Origin: a virus | UHGV virus genome: UHGV-0346325 | Length of the DNA stretch: 40,606 bases | Strand: one strand, 5' to 3' | Shown: positions 26,728 through 35,315 of the stretch, in pieces | Position numbering within the stretch: the first letter of the stretch is position 1 | Layout of the letters: every line of letters begins with the position of its first letter | Notes under the pieces: generated by a model | What the model was told of the DNA's origin: nothing | Databases searched by the model: none | The model's input: only the letters and a program-made list of their open reading frames with translations | Translations under genes and position numbers: made by a program

Positions 26728-27300
26728 TTATTGTACAGGTATTTCAAATGTAGCAGCTTGACCAGTACGATTTGAATCATATTTTTTGAATAATATTTTG
26801 ATGTTTCCACCAGGATTTTGAACGCCATATGCGGCCTGAGCCCCACTCATTGTTGCTCCAACAGGTGTTGGCTTTGCTCCTGTGGTAGAGACGGGATAAG
26901 TTTCACCCATTATTCCGGCACTATCTACCACATTTTCTGGCATAATAAATAAATCTTGAATGTCATCTTCATATCCTAGATTTTCATAAGTATAAGAAAT
27001 TATAACTACTTGCTGTGGTGATTTATCTGAATAGGGATTTCTTTCATCTGTAGGAGTCACGCTGTCAATTTTGAGTTTCCATTGATTGGGAACTTCCCAC
27101 CATTCACCTAAATTATAAACTGTCTTTTTATTATCGCTAGTTGATTCAGTACTGGTACTGTTTTTTGTAGCAGATGTTTTTTCAGTTATTTTTGTTGTGC
27201 TAGTTTCTTTTTTACTTTTTTCAGGTGCAGTACTAGAAGAATCGCAAGCACCTAAAGTCAATGAAGATAGTAGTAAAATACTGATAGTTATTTTTTTCAT
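26728..27300 (-). CDS. lipoprotein, DUF4352-like
   Basis: Signal peptide with lipobox LGAC and a Ser/Thr-rich linker. A beta-rich domain begins ...YNLGEWWEVPNQWKLKIDSVTP. The gene sits between int and cI. Confidence 0.5.
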   Translation of the reverse strand: MKKITISILLLSSLTLGACDSSSTAPEKSKKETSTTKITEKTSATKNSTSTESTSDNKKTVYNLGEWWEVPNQWKLKIDSVTPTDERNPYSDKSPQQVVIISYTYENLGYEDDIQDLFIMPENVVDSAGIMGETYPVSTTGAKPTPVGATMSGAQAAYGVQNPGGNIKILFKKYDSNRTGQAATFEIPVQ

Positions 27301-27360
27301 TTTTAAGACTCCATTCAATTATTTTTATAAACTAAATTAAAACTGTAAAATTTAGGGTGA

Positions 27361-27561
27361 TTATTTGAACAAATCCCAAAAGCTAAAAGTTGTTTTATTA
27401 TATACTTTATTATACATAGCTTTCTTGGGGTTCTTAATGAAACCAGTTCCTTTTTGCCCATAACCAGGAATTACTGCTTTTTTAAGCTTACGTTTAGCTT
27501 TTCCAGTAGTACGAGCACTTATTGATTTTTTTATACTTGGTTTACGCATTCCTACTTTCAT
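27361..27561 (-). CDS. small basic protein, about 66 aa
   Basis: Lys/Arg-rich (MKVGMRKPSIKKSISARTTGKAKRKLKK...). Sits between the two lipoprotein genes. Confidence 0.4.
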   Translation of the reverse strand: MKVGMRKPSIKKSISARTTGKAKRKLKKAVIPGYGQKGTGFIKNPKKAMYNKVYNKTTFSFWDLFK

Positions 27562-27576
27562 GTAAAACACATCCTT

Positions 27577-28464
27577 TTATATATTATTCAAGGCATAAGT
27601 TATTTCTGAATCGGTAAAACCTTCATATAACAACTGCTCTTTTAATTTTTCTTTAGAGATATTCATACTTTCCATATACTCTTTAGCCTTATTTACTGCT
27701 TGTTTATTCCAATTGGTAGATATATTTTCTACAGCAAAGTTTGCTGCTTCATCAGAAAATTTTTCATACTGAAGCTGTTTATATAAGCTAACTTTTGAAA
27801 AAGAGCTATGTTTAATATATTCTTCAGCTTTTATCTTTGCATTTGTGTATTCCAGAGGAACTTTACTAGATTGTGATGAAGAAGAAGCATTTGTTTCTTG
27901 CGACTTTTTATCCTTACCAGATAGGGCATCTGCTAATAATTTGTCTAAATCATTACTATTTAGATCATCGTTAAAAACGAAAGTAACAAATTTATTATCA
28001 TCTATTAAATTTTCAGATTTACTAGTATATTTTTTTGAATTATCTGGAATACTATTTTCTAAAACAAGAATTAAATCATCAAACTTTTTTTCTACTACGC
28101 TATTTGCTAGTCTCATAGTAGAGAAAATGGTTAGTGCTGAAGGCTGTTTTTCATCGGCGTTTGTGAATAAAGCAAAAGCAATCGGTGACAAACTTTCTTT
28201 GAATATTTCAACTTTTAGATTTTTTGATGTCAGATAGGGGTCATAATTATTAGTAAGTTCATATTTACTTTCGGTCAATTCATTTAAATTAGATTCTATT
28301 ACTTTTTTTGAATCTATTCCCAATTTATTCTCAGGTATTTTGGTAGGTTGTTTTTTTTCATGTGTTTCTGTTTCTTTTGTTTCATCATAGGTATCATTGA
28401 CACTACAACCTGATATAAAAATAATAGATAGCAGTAGCGAAGTTAAAATAACCCTTTTTTTCAT
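27577..28464 (-). CDS. ltp: Ltp-family surface lipoprotein (superinfection exclusion)
   Basis: Lipobox ISGC. Two C-terminal repeats of about 40 aa (...FSKVSLYKQLQYEKFSDEAANFAVENISTNWNKQA / ...ISKEKLKEQLLYEGFTDSEITYALNN) matching the Ltp repeat pattern. Located between int and cI as in S. thermophilus TP-J34. Confidence 0.6.
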   Translation of the reverse strand: MKKRVILTSLLLSIIFISGCSVNDTYDETKETETHEKKQPTKIPENKLGIDSKKVIESNLNELTESKYELTNNYDPYLTSKNLKVEIFKESLSPIAFALFTNADEKQPSALTIFSTMRLANSVVEKKFDDLILVLENSIPDNSKKYTSKSENLIDDNKFVTFVFNDDLNSNDLDKLLADALSGKDKKSQETNASSSSQSSKVPLEYTNAKIKAEEYIKHSSFSKVSLYKQLQYEKFSDEAANFAVENISTNWNKQAVNKAKEYMESMNISKEKLKEQLLYEGFTDSEITYALNNI

Positions 28465-28553
28465 TTTTAAAACTCCCCATTTCTGATATAATGTATTTAT
28501 TGAATAATTCTCATAAATGAGGAAAGAGTTCCGTGTTGTAGCACGGGGCTTTT

Positions 28554-29027
28554 TTATTGTAAATTTGTATTTAAAATCATGACTGATAAATCATTAAACT
28601 CAAAAATTCTTCCTTTATAAAAATGGGTATCACCAAATTTTTGACGATAATAGGCGAGTACATTTTTTAGCGTTTCAACGTCTACCCCTAAAAATTCAGC
28701 GCACGTGTAATGATTACTGAATCCTGATTCTGAACACTTAATTAGATCATCCAAAGTGACTAATTGTTCTAAAGCATATTGTCTAGCTTTTAGTTCTTGT
28801 TTACGATTTACTAAACAATCTTGGTTTAATATGTCACCAAACGATGTATCGTGGTGGCCAAGTTCCTCAGCTAGCACATTCCTTTTTTTTATTAGACTCA
28901 ACGATTTTTCAATATAAATTCTACCATCACGGTACAAACCATAGCATCCAGTATTTTGAAACAAATCTGTTTCAATAACTGGTGCTTTTTTCTGTACCTC
29001 TGACACCAACAGTTCATATTCGTTCAT
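28554..29027 (-). CDS. ImmA/IrrE-family metallopeptidase (anti-repressor protease)
   Basis: HEXXH motif (AEELGHHD) immediately downstream of the cI-like gene. The start at 29027 is preceded by AGGAG. Confidence 0.7.
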   Translation of the reverse strand: MNEYELLVSEVQKKAPVIETDLFQNTGCYGLYRDGRIYIEKSLSLIKKRNVLAEELGHHDTSFGDILNQDCLVNRKQELKARQYALEQLVTLDDLIKCSESGFSNHYTCAEFLGVDVETLKNVLAYYRQKFGDTHFYKGRIFEFNDLSVMILNTNLQ

Positions 29028-29043
29028 AAAATACTCCTGAAAA

Positions 29044-29616
29044 TTATTCTTTATCATCTGATTCATCATCAAAAAGATGTTTACATTCTTTTTGCTTCCT
29101 ATCATAATCAGCATCCACTTTATCTAGAAATTGATTAATTTTAAGTTTCTCTTCATCAGTAAATACTTTATCAGGGTCTGGTGAATGCGCAGCTAAAGTA
29201 TCATATTTTTTCTTGTTAATGTTAACCACGTTATTAGAAGCTTTATTTTGTTTTTCTAAATAAGACTTAGCTTCGTTATATATAAGCTGTTGGAGCTTGG
29301 GTTCTAACTGGTTGAATATAGGTACTATGTCGAAGTCATTTTTTTCACTAGATCTTTGTTCGTCAGGGATTCTTTTTTTAGAGACATCAAACCCCATTAG
29401 CCACGCTTCGTTAACATCTAAAGTTTTTGACAAAAGATAAATTCTATTTTGGTCAGGTGATTGCTTTCCAGTTACATATTGTGACAAAGTACTTTTACTC
29501 ATTTTTATATTTAATTCTTTTTGATATGGTTCTGACAAACGCAGAATATCAACTTGTTTTAAATTGCGCTCACTCATAAGCTGCTTTAGACGAGCAGATG
29601 TTTTAACTCTATCCAT
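29044..29616 (-). CDS. cI-like repressor (XRE-family HTH)
   Basis: N-terminal HTH (SERNLKQVDILRLS...LSQYVTGKQSP). Divergent from the cro-like gene. RBS AAGGAGG. Confidence 0.65.
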   Translation of the reverse strand: MDRVKTSARLKQLMSERNLKQVDILRLSEPYQKELNIKMSKSTLSQYVTGKQSPDQNRIYLLSKTLDVNEAWLMGFDVSKKRIPDEQRSSEKNDFDIVPIFNQLEPKLQQLIYNEAKSYLEKQNKASNNVVNINKKKYDTLAAHSPDPDKVFTDEEKLKINQFLDKVDADYDRKQKECKHLFDDESDDKE

Positions 29617-29675
29617 TGGTACACCTCCTTACAGATTTAAGTATACAAGATATTGAATATATCTTCAATGAAAAA

Positions 29676-29758
29676 ATTCATGAATCATGAACTTTTTCGT
29701 TGACAATAAGAAATGAACAATGTATTATATGGTTATAAAGTTCATGTTCATGAACTTG
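29676..29758. promoter_or_regulatory. genetic-switch operator region: TTCATG/CATGAA half-site inverted repeats (29676-29690, 29741-29758) flanking the rightward promoter
   Basis: TTCATGAATCATGAA at 29676 and AAGTTCATGTTCATGAACTT at 29739, which contains the 10-bp palindrome GTTCATGAAC. Confidence 0.5.
29698..29726 (+). promoter_or_regulatory. rightward early promoter (TTGACA-17-TATTAT)
   Basis: Perfect -35 hexamer, 17-nt spacer and a near-consensus -10 hexamer, upstream of cro. Confidence 0.6.
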
Positions 29759-29774
29759 AAGGAGGTGTTTGTAA

Positions 29775-30008
29775 ATGTGCTATGATTACTCAAAATTAGC
29801 AGGAAGAATTGTTGAAAAGTTTGGAACTCAATATAATTTTGCTATCGCAATGGGATTGTCGGAGAGAACAATATCATTGAAAATGAACGGGAAAGTCTCT
29901 TGGAAAGACACTGAAATTACGAAAGCTTGCAAATTGCTAGACTTGGAAACAAATTTTATTCATTTATATTTTTTTAAAGAGAAAGTTCACGTTTGTGAAC
30001 AAAGGTAG
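29775..30008 (+). CDS. Cro-like HTH regulator, 77 aa
   Basis: HTH segment YNFAIAMGLSERTISLKMNGK. First gene of the rightward operon. Confidence 0.55.
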   Translation: MCYDYSKLAGRIVEKFGTQYNFAIAMGLSERTISLKMNGKVSWKDTEITKACKLLDLETNFIHLYFFKEKVHVCEQR

Positions 30009-30040
30009 TTTTGGAAGTATACAAATGAAAAAGGAAAAGT

Positions 30041-30056
30041 GTTCCATTAATGGAAC
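30041..30056. promoter_or_regulatory. perfect 16-bp palindrome GTTCCATTAATGGAAC
   Basis: Seen between cro and the antirepressor gene. No T-run follows it. Confidence 0.4.
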
Positions 30057-30089
30057 GAAAGACAACCAGAATAGAAGGGATGAAACCAT

Positions 30090-30809
30090 ATGAACGAACT
30101 AATTAAAGTTACAACAAATGAAAATGATGAACAGTTAGTTAACGGTAGAGAGTTATATGAATTTCTGGGAGTTAAAGATAATTATACTGATTGGTTTAAA
30201 CGAATGATTAAATACGGGTTTGATGAAAACGTTGATTTTATCAGTTTCTCGGAAAAATCCGATAAACCTTTTGGTGGTCGCCCACAAGTAAATCATTATG
30301 TGAAACTAGACATGGCTAAGGAAATTTCAATGCTACAACGTACCGAAAAAGGAAAAGAAGCTCGGGGATATTTTATCCAACTAGAAAAATTTTGGAATAG
30401 CCCAGAAATGGTGACTAAACGTGCTCTTGAATTTCAACAGAAAAAAATAGAAGTATTACAACTGGAAAATAAATCGTTAAAACCTAAAGCATTATTTGCA
30501 GATGCCGTTGATGCAAGTAAGACTTCCATTTTAATCGGTGACCTAGCTAAGCTAATCAAGCAAAACGGCATCGACATTGGGCAGAATCGTTTATTCCAAT
30601 GGCTGCGAGACAATGGGTATCTAATTGCTCGAAAAGGTGAAAGCTACAATATGCCAACCCAGCGGTCACTTGATTTGGGAATTGCGGAAATCAAGGAACG
30701 AACCCATAACAATCCAGATGGAAGTATTCGAATTAGTCGAACGCCGAAAATTACTGGTAAAGGGCAAATATATTTTGTTAACAAGTTCTTACATGACAAG
30801 ACAGCATAG
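30090..30809 (+). CDS. phage antirepressor (N-terminal ORF6N/Bro-like plus C-terminal KilA-C/ANT domain)
   Basis: N-terminal ...VNGRELYEFLGV...DW and C-terminal KALFADAVDASKTSILIGDLAKLIKQNGIDIGQNRLFQWLR pattern. Confidence 0.6.
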   Translation: MNELIKVTTNENDEQLVNGRELYEFLGVKDNYTDWFKRMIKYGFDENVDFISFSEKSDKPFGGRPQVNHYVKLDMAKEISMLQRTEKGKEARGYFIQLEKFWNSPEMVTKRALEFQQKKIEVLQLENKSLKPKALFADAVDASKTSILIGDLAKLIKQNGIDIGQNRLFQWLRDNGYLIARKGESYNMPTQRSLDLGIAEIKERTHNNPDGSIRISRTPKITGKGQIYFVNKFLHDKTA

Positions 30810-30824
30810 AAAGGAGATGTCTAC

Positions 30825-31073
30825 ATGCAAATCACACTAGCAAAGACTATCGATTTACAGCAAGCTTGGATGGCAAAAGATGAAGCAATTGTTTATTTTG
30901 GCTATCAGCATCACAAACCAACATTCCAAAAACTTCTGAGAGAGTTTAAGGAACATAAAGAATTTAAAGATGGCTATAGACTCGTTACATCATGCATGCC
31001 AATTATTCACATTCAGAAATTTGATGAATTTTTGGTTTGGCGGGAAAAAAACAAGTATAAGCGAAACAAATAA
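30825..31073 (+). CDS. hypothetical protein, 82 aa
   Basis: ORF with RBS GAAAGGAG. Confidence 0.4.
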   Translation: MQITLAKTIDLQQAWMAKDEAIVYFGYQHHKPTFQKLLREFKEHKEFKDGYRLVTSCMPIIHIQKFDEFLVWREKNKYKRNK

Positions 31074-31094
31074 ACGTTATAGGAGGTAAGTAAT

Positions 31095-31268
31095 ATGAGA
31101 AAAATTTATAACTTAAGAAGAATCGCAGCATTGCTGATTGTGTTTGGGTTAGGCCTTTTAGTAGGTAGAAACATTGGACCGTTAATTAAAAATGTCTATA
31201 TCGCAGCTTTCATCATTTGGCTTTTGATGTACGATTTAGCACTTGAAGATAGAGAAGTGAAGAAATGA
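31095..31268 (+). CDS. small membrane protein, 57 aa
   Basis: RBS AGGAGG 9 nt upstream. Two hydrophobic segments. Absent from the ORF track. Confidence 0.45.
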   Translation: MRKIYNLRRIAALLIVFGLGLLVGRNIGPLIKNVYIAAFIIWLLMYDLALEDREVKK

Positions 31269-31375
31269 CCAGGAAAGACAAACTACAGCAAACCAAAAGA
31301 CTTGCTGACTTATGGTATCAGCAACACAAAAATCAGATATATATATCGCAACAAAAAGAGAGAAGGGGGATTTAG
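31265..31375 (+). CDS. small ORF, 36 aa (translationally coupled: ATGA overlap upstream, TAGATG downstream)
   Basis: Fills the gap exactly. Basic peptide. Confidence 0.25.
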   Translation: MTRKDKLQQTKRLADLWYQQHKNQIYISQQKERRGI

Positions 31376-31531
31376 ATGTTTCAAGCAGTAGGTAAAGATA
31401 GTTTGAAAATTTATGTAGTTGAGGATACTAAAGCGTTGGTGTTTCAAAAGTTAAAAGAAAAATATCCATACACAGTATTTGATAAAGGACTATATCCAGA
31501 AGCTTTATTTATCCGAGAAACAAAAAAGTGA
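31376..31531 (+). CDS. small ORF, 51 aa
   Basis: RBS GAAGGGGG 7 nt upstream. Confidence 0.35.
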   Translation: MFQAVGKDSLKIYVVEDTKALVFQKLKEKYPYTVFDKGLYPEALFIRETKK

Positions 31532-31584
31532 CTCCGCCGGCCAGCAAAAGTCACAAAAATATAAATCGATAGGGGAATTATACC

Positions 31585-32004
31585 ATGGAAAACCAAAATA
31601 ATGAAATGCAACAAATGATTGAAAATTTTACAAAAGAAATGACCGCTAAAGGTTACAGTATTTTGATTAGCGCAGTAAGTAATGATGATGTTGATAATTC
31701 AGTAAATGTAAATGTAAAAACAACAGCTGGAGGAACTCCGAAGGGAATGGGGCATTCTGCTAAAGGAGCCATAGAGCTTATTGAAAATCATATTAAACCA
31801 ATTGGACAAGCTAATTCAAAGTGTGATTGCCCAAATTGTAATCCAGAAAAATATCGAAAGTTTGATGAAAAACTAAAAAAACGTTTAGACGAAGTGGAGA
31901 TGGATTTCAGTAGTCCAGAAGGCTTTTTTGAAAGTTTAGCAAAATCAATGAAGGTGGCAAAAGAATTAGCTAGTGAGGAAATGGCCAATGAAAATCAAGA
32001 CTGA
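31585..32004 (+). CDS. hypothetical protein, 139 aa, with CDCPNC motif
   Basis: ORF. Confidence 0.45.
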   Translation: MENQNNEMQQMIENFTKEMTAKGYSILISAVSNDDVDNSVNVNVKTTAGGTPKGMGHSAKGAIELIENHIKPIGQANSKCDCPNCNPEKYRKFDEKLKKRLDEVEMDFSSPEGFFESLAKSMKVAKELASEEMANENQD

Positions 32005-32224
32005 TGACTTAGGAAGAATACACTTGATAGATAAGCATTCGCCCTATGGATCGCTGATTTTTGAAAGAGATACTACTAATAATCATGTTGCTATTTATCA
32101 GGATAGCGAAGATGAAGAAGTCAGAACAGTATTTGAGAGTTTAGATGAAAGTGCTTATTTTAAGCAAGTTGAATTAATCGAAGGACTAGAAAAAGTTATT
32201 TCATTACTGAAAGAAGGGGAATAA
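31988..32224 (+). CDS. hypothetical protein, 78 aa
   Basis: ATG at 31988 preceded by GAGGAA. Overlaps the previous gene's stop. Confidence 0.4.
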   Translation: MKIKTDDLGRIHLIDKHSPYGSLIFERDTTNNHVAIYQDSEDEEVRTVFESLDESAYFKQVELIEGLEKVISLLKEGE

Positions 32225-32902
32225 ATGAACGAGAACAGCGAAAATTTAAAAGAATTGTTTGATGGGATGTATAAGCTAAAAAGCAAATTAATTCAACCAA
32301 GATTTGACGCAGAAGTTGCCTATACAACGAAAAAAGGTCCAATGAATTTCCAATATGCAACTCTAAAAGCGATTGAAGAAGCAATTAGAAAAGCTGCACA
32401 AGAATCAGAAAGCGGAATTGATTTTCAACAAAATGTCGTCAATGAGAATAATGCGTTAAAAGTCACAACAATTATTACTCACGTTAGTGGTCAATATATA
32501 GTTCATGGACCTTTTGAATTTCCAAACAGCGGGACAAATCCTCAAGGATTAGGAAGTTTAACGACATATGCAAGACGTTACTCGCTTTCGGCAGCGTTTG
32601 GAATTGCAGCAGATAAAGACGATGATGGCCAAACAGCAGCTGAAAAGAACAGCGATACTTCAAAAGTTGATTTGATTAGCGGTAAACAGTTAGCAACGTT
32701 AAACGATCATATTCGACAACTTTCTGAGTTATCGAATTCTGAACTTGACTATGTGCGGAATGAACTAAGTAAAGAATTGAATGTAGATGTCAATGAAAAC
32801 ATGCCAGCTAGCATGTTCAAGAAAGCTATGGAAGTTCTGAAGCAATGGATACAACAATTCAAACCACAAACAGAAGAAAACATTACATGGGGGCAAAGCT
32901 AA
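32225..32902 (+). CDS. Erf-family single-strand annealing protein (candidate)
   Basis: Recalled pattern ...NFQYATLKAIEEAI...GSLTTYARRYSLSAAFGIAADKDDDG, typical of Erf proteins. Position at the start of the replication/recombination module. Confidence 0.45.
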   Translation: MNENSENLKELFDGMYKLKSKLIQPRFDAEVAYTTKKGPMNFQYATLKAIEEAIRKAAQESESGIDFQQNVVNENNALKVTTIITHVSGQYIVHGPFEFPNSGTNPQGLGSLTTYARRYSLSAAFGIAADKDDDGQTAAEKNSDTSKVDLISGKQLATLNDHIRQLSELSNSELDYVRNELSKELNVDVNENMPASMFKKAMEVLKQWIQQFKPQTEENITWGQS

Positions 32903-33825
32903 TGACAAACGAATTAACAACAGAATTGCAGTTTAGTGTTGATTTTAAAGCCAGTGAAATTACCATTCAAAACGAAGTGCAGCTAGCTTCAATTGTCGAC
33001 AGTGCTGTTGAACATTATTCAACAATGATTTTTACAGATGAGAATATTCCCGACGCAAAAAAAGCTAGAGCAGATTTGAAAAAAGTATCTGATTTACTAG
33101 AAAACCAACGAAAAAATATAAAAAAAGAATACAGTGAACCTTTAAAAAAATTCGAGGACAAAATAAAAAAATATACTGGAAAAATCAATCTAGTGCGCTC
33201 AAGCATCGATGAAAATATTAAGTCTTATGAAGAAACCGAACGCAATAAACGAAACGAAAAGCTTCAAGAAGTAATTGATGAAATGTCTGAAAACTATGGT
33301 GTTGATATCAATGAATTTGAAATTTCGGATTCATGGTTAAATAAAACATCTTTCACTGCTAAAGGTGAATTAACCAAAAAAACTATTGAAGAGATCGCAA
33401 CAGTAATGTATTCAGTAGCAAAGGAAAAAGAGCGTATCAAAAACGATAAGCTCATTGTTGAAAATTATGCTAAGGCAGTTGGCCTTGACTCGTTTTCTTG
33501 GGTCGCATTAATCGATAAAGGGTCTACTGCACCAGAACTGATAAAAGAAATTGATTCCGCCGTTGCTTTAAAAAAAGAACAAGAAGAACGTGAAAGAGCA
33601 AAAAGGGAACACGACGAAGCCATTGCTGCTTTGAAAACTGGAACAATCAACAATAAAACGGTTGACACTGCGACAGGTGAAATCATCACGGAAGAAGCGC
33701 CAAAAACAAGCAAAAAACAACAAGAGAAAACAGTTACGTTAAGACTAACAGCAGAACATCAAAAGTTAGTTGCTCTAAACAATTTTATTATTAATAACGG
33801 GATTCAAGTGGAAGTGATTGAATGA
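32902..33825 (+). CDS. DUF1351-like phage protein (recombination-module partner)
   Basis: About 307 aa with a Lys/Glu-rich coiled coil. The start at 32902 overlaps the upstream stop. This family usually accompanies Erf/RecT (from memory). Confidence 0.35.
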   Translation: MTNELTTELQFSVDFKASEITIQNEVQLASIVDSAVEHYSTMIFTDENIPDAKKARADLKKVSDLLENQRKNIKKEYSEPLKKFEDKIKKYTGKINLVRSSIDENIKSYEETERNKRNEKLQEVIDEMSENYGVDINEFEISDSWLNKTSFTAKGELTKKTIEEIATVMYSVAKEKERIKNDKLIVENYAKAVGLDSFSWVALIDKGSTAPELIKEIDSAVALKKEQEERERAKREHDEAIAALKTGTINNKTVDTATGEIITEEAPKTSKKQQEKTVTLRLTAEHQKLVALNNFIINNGIQVEVIE

Positions 33826-34502
33826 ATTTGAATAACGTTTATTCCGCAGTTATTAAATCTTTAAAGGGTCAAAGAGTAACTGCGGACATAAATGAATTAA
33901 TTAATATTGAACGGCTTAAAACAATGTATTACGGATACGAAGGACCAAGAGAAATTGAAATTCGTTTTATTGATCCAAGGCAATTTACTGCATCACAACG
34001 AAACTTTATATATGCGTTGTTAGGAGATATTAGCAGAGAAACAGGTGATAAAACCTCTTTGTTGAAGGATATGTTCTATTCTCACTTTGAAGAGCTTAGA
34101 GGTTATCCTATGAGCTTAAAAAAAGAATCAAAAAACACGGTAGATGATGCAACAATTTTAGCAAATATAATTCTTGATTATATTTTTGAAAATAGCATTC
34201 CCTTTAAAAAAGGTTACGATATTTTACCTGCTAATCAGGAATATTACTTTTACAAATGTATCACTAACCGAGTTTGTTGCATTTGTGGCAAAACTGGTGC
34301 AGATATTGACCATTTCGATAAAGCTCTAGGTCGGCGGAAAAGAAAAAGTGTGGACCACACAGAATACACTTACGCTGGTTTGTGTCGATGCCATCACACC
34401 GAAAAACTTAACATTGGTATTACAGCATTTAAGAAAAAATACCATGTTAAAGGAATTAAATTAAATCAAGAGACAATAAAGAAATTAAACATTGGAGGGT
34501 GA
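33822..34502 (+). CDS. hypothetical protein, 226 aa, with C-terminal Cys/His cluster (CCICGK...DH...CRCHH)
   Basis: ORF, translationally coupled. Confidence 0.4.
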   Translation: MNLNNVYSAVIKSLKGQRVTADINELINIERLKTMYYGYEGPREIEIRFIDPRQFTASQRNFIYALLGDISRETGDKTSLLKDMFYSHFEELRGYPMSLKKESKNTVDDATILANIILDYIFENSIPFKKGYDILPANQEYYFYKCITNRVCCICGKTGADIDHFDKALGRRKRKSVDHTEYTYAGLCRCHHTEKLNIGITAFKKKYHVKGIKLNQETIKKLNIGG

Positions 34503-34505
34503 CAA

Positions 34506-35312
34506 ATGGAAAGAGCGTTTAAAGGTATTTGGATTCCTAAAAATGTTTGGCTAGATAAAGAATTAAGTTGGACTGAAAAATTTCTAATCGTTGAAATAGA
34601 CAGCCTCGATAATGACGACGGGTGCTTTGCTAGTAATGAGTATTTTTCTAAGTTTTTTGGATTAAGCAAAGACAGGGTTTCTAAACTAATATCTGGATTA
34701 AAAGAAAAGGGATACATTGACGTCAGTTATCAATATAAACCAGGTACAAAGTCTATAGAAAGACGTGTAGTTAAAATCACCGAGGGGTATAGGCGAAAAC
34801 AACTAGAGGGTATAGGTGAAAATAACTATAGGGGTATAGGCGAAAACGCCAAAGATAATAATACATTATTTAATAATACAGAGAATAATACATTTAATAA
34901 AAAGAATAGTTTTGAGCCGAGCTCAACTATGTCTGAAATATTCGAAAAGGTTTGGTTAATTTATCCAAAGAAAACTAACAAGAAAAAAGCTAGAGAACAA
35001 TTTTTAAAGAAGTTCAAGACGGAAGAAGATTTAAAAACGTTTAGAAAAGGATACAAAGACTATCTTGCATATATTAAATTAAACGATTGGTATCATCCAC
35101 AAGAATTGTTTCGTTGGATTCGTGATGATCGTTATAACGATGAATATGATTTATCCGATCGTACTCAACAGACAACTTACTCGAAACCACCAGTAAGGCA
35201 AGAGAAATTGCCAGATTGGATGAATGAGCAAAAACAAGAAGAGGAAAAATTGTCGCCAGAAGAGCAAGCGGAACTTGATAGACAAATAAAAGAGTACATG
35301 GAGGGGAAATAG
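34506..35312 (+). CDS. replisome organiser (DnaD-like N-terminal domain) containing an internal iteron-type origin
   Basis: N-terminal ...WTEKFLIVEIDSLDNDDGCFASNEYFSKFFGLSKDRVSKLISGLKEKGYI pattern. Iterons at 34784-34847. Confidence 0.55.
   Translation: MERAFKGIWIPKNVWLDKELSWTEKFLIVEIDSLDNDDGCFASNEYFSKFFGLSKDRVSKLISGLKEKGYIDVSYQYKPGTKSIERRVVKITEGYRRKQLEGIGENNYRGIGENAKDNNTLFNNTENNTFNKKNSFEPSSTMSEIFEKVWLIYPKKTNKKKAREQFLKKFKTEEDLKTFRKGYKDYLAYIKLNDWYHPQELFRWIRDDRYNDEYDLSDRTQQTTYSKPPVRQEKLPDWMNEQKQEEEKLSPEEQAELDRQIKEYMEGK
34784..34847. repeat. three 17-bp direct repeats GGGGTATAGGCGAAAAC (iterons; candidate ori)
   Basis: Copies at 34784, 34808 (one or two mismatches) and 34831, with 23-24 bp periodicity. 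Confidence 0.55.
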
Positions 35313-35315
35313 TGA

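Noticed and set aside
30625-30840. 71-aa ORF overlapping the antirepressor 3' end
   Set aside because: It is in an alternative frame of a gene with recognisable domain patterns and has no independent translation signals.
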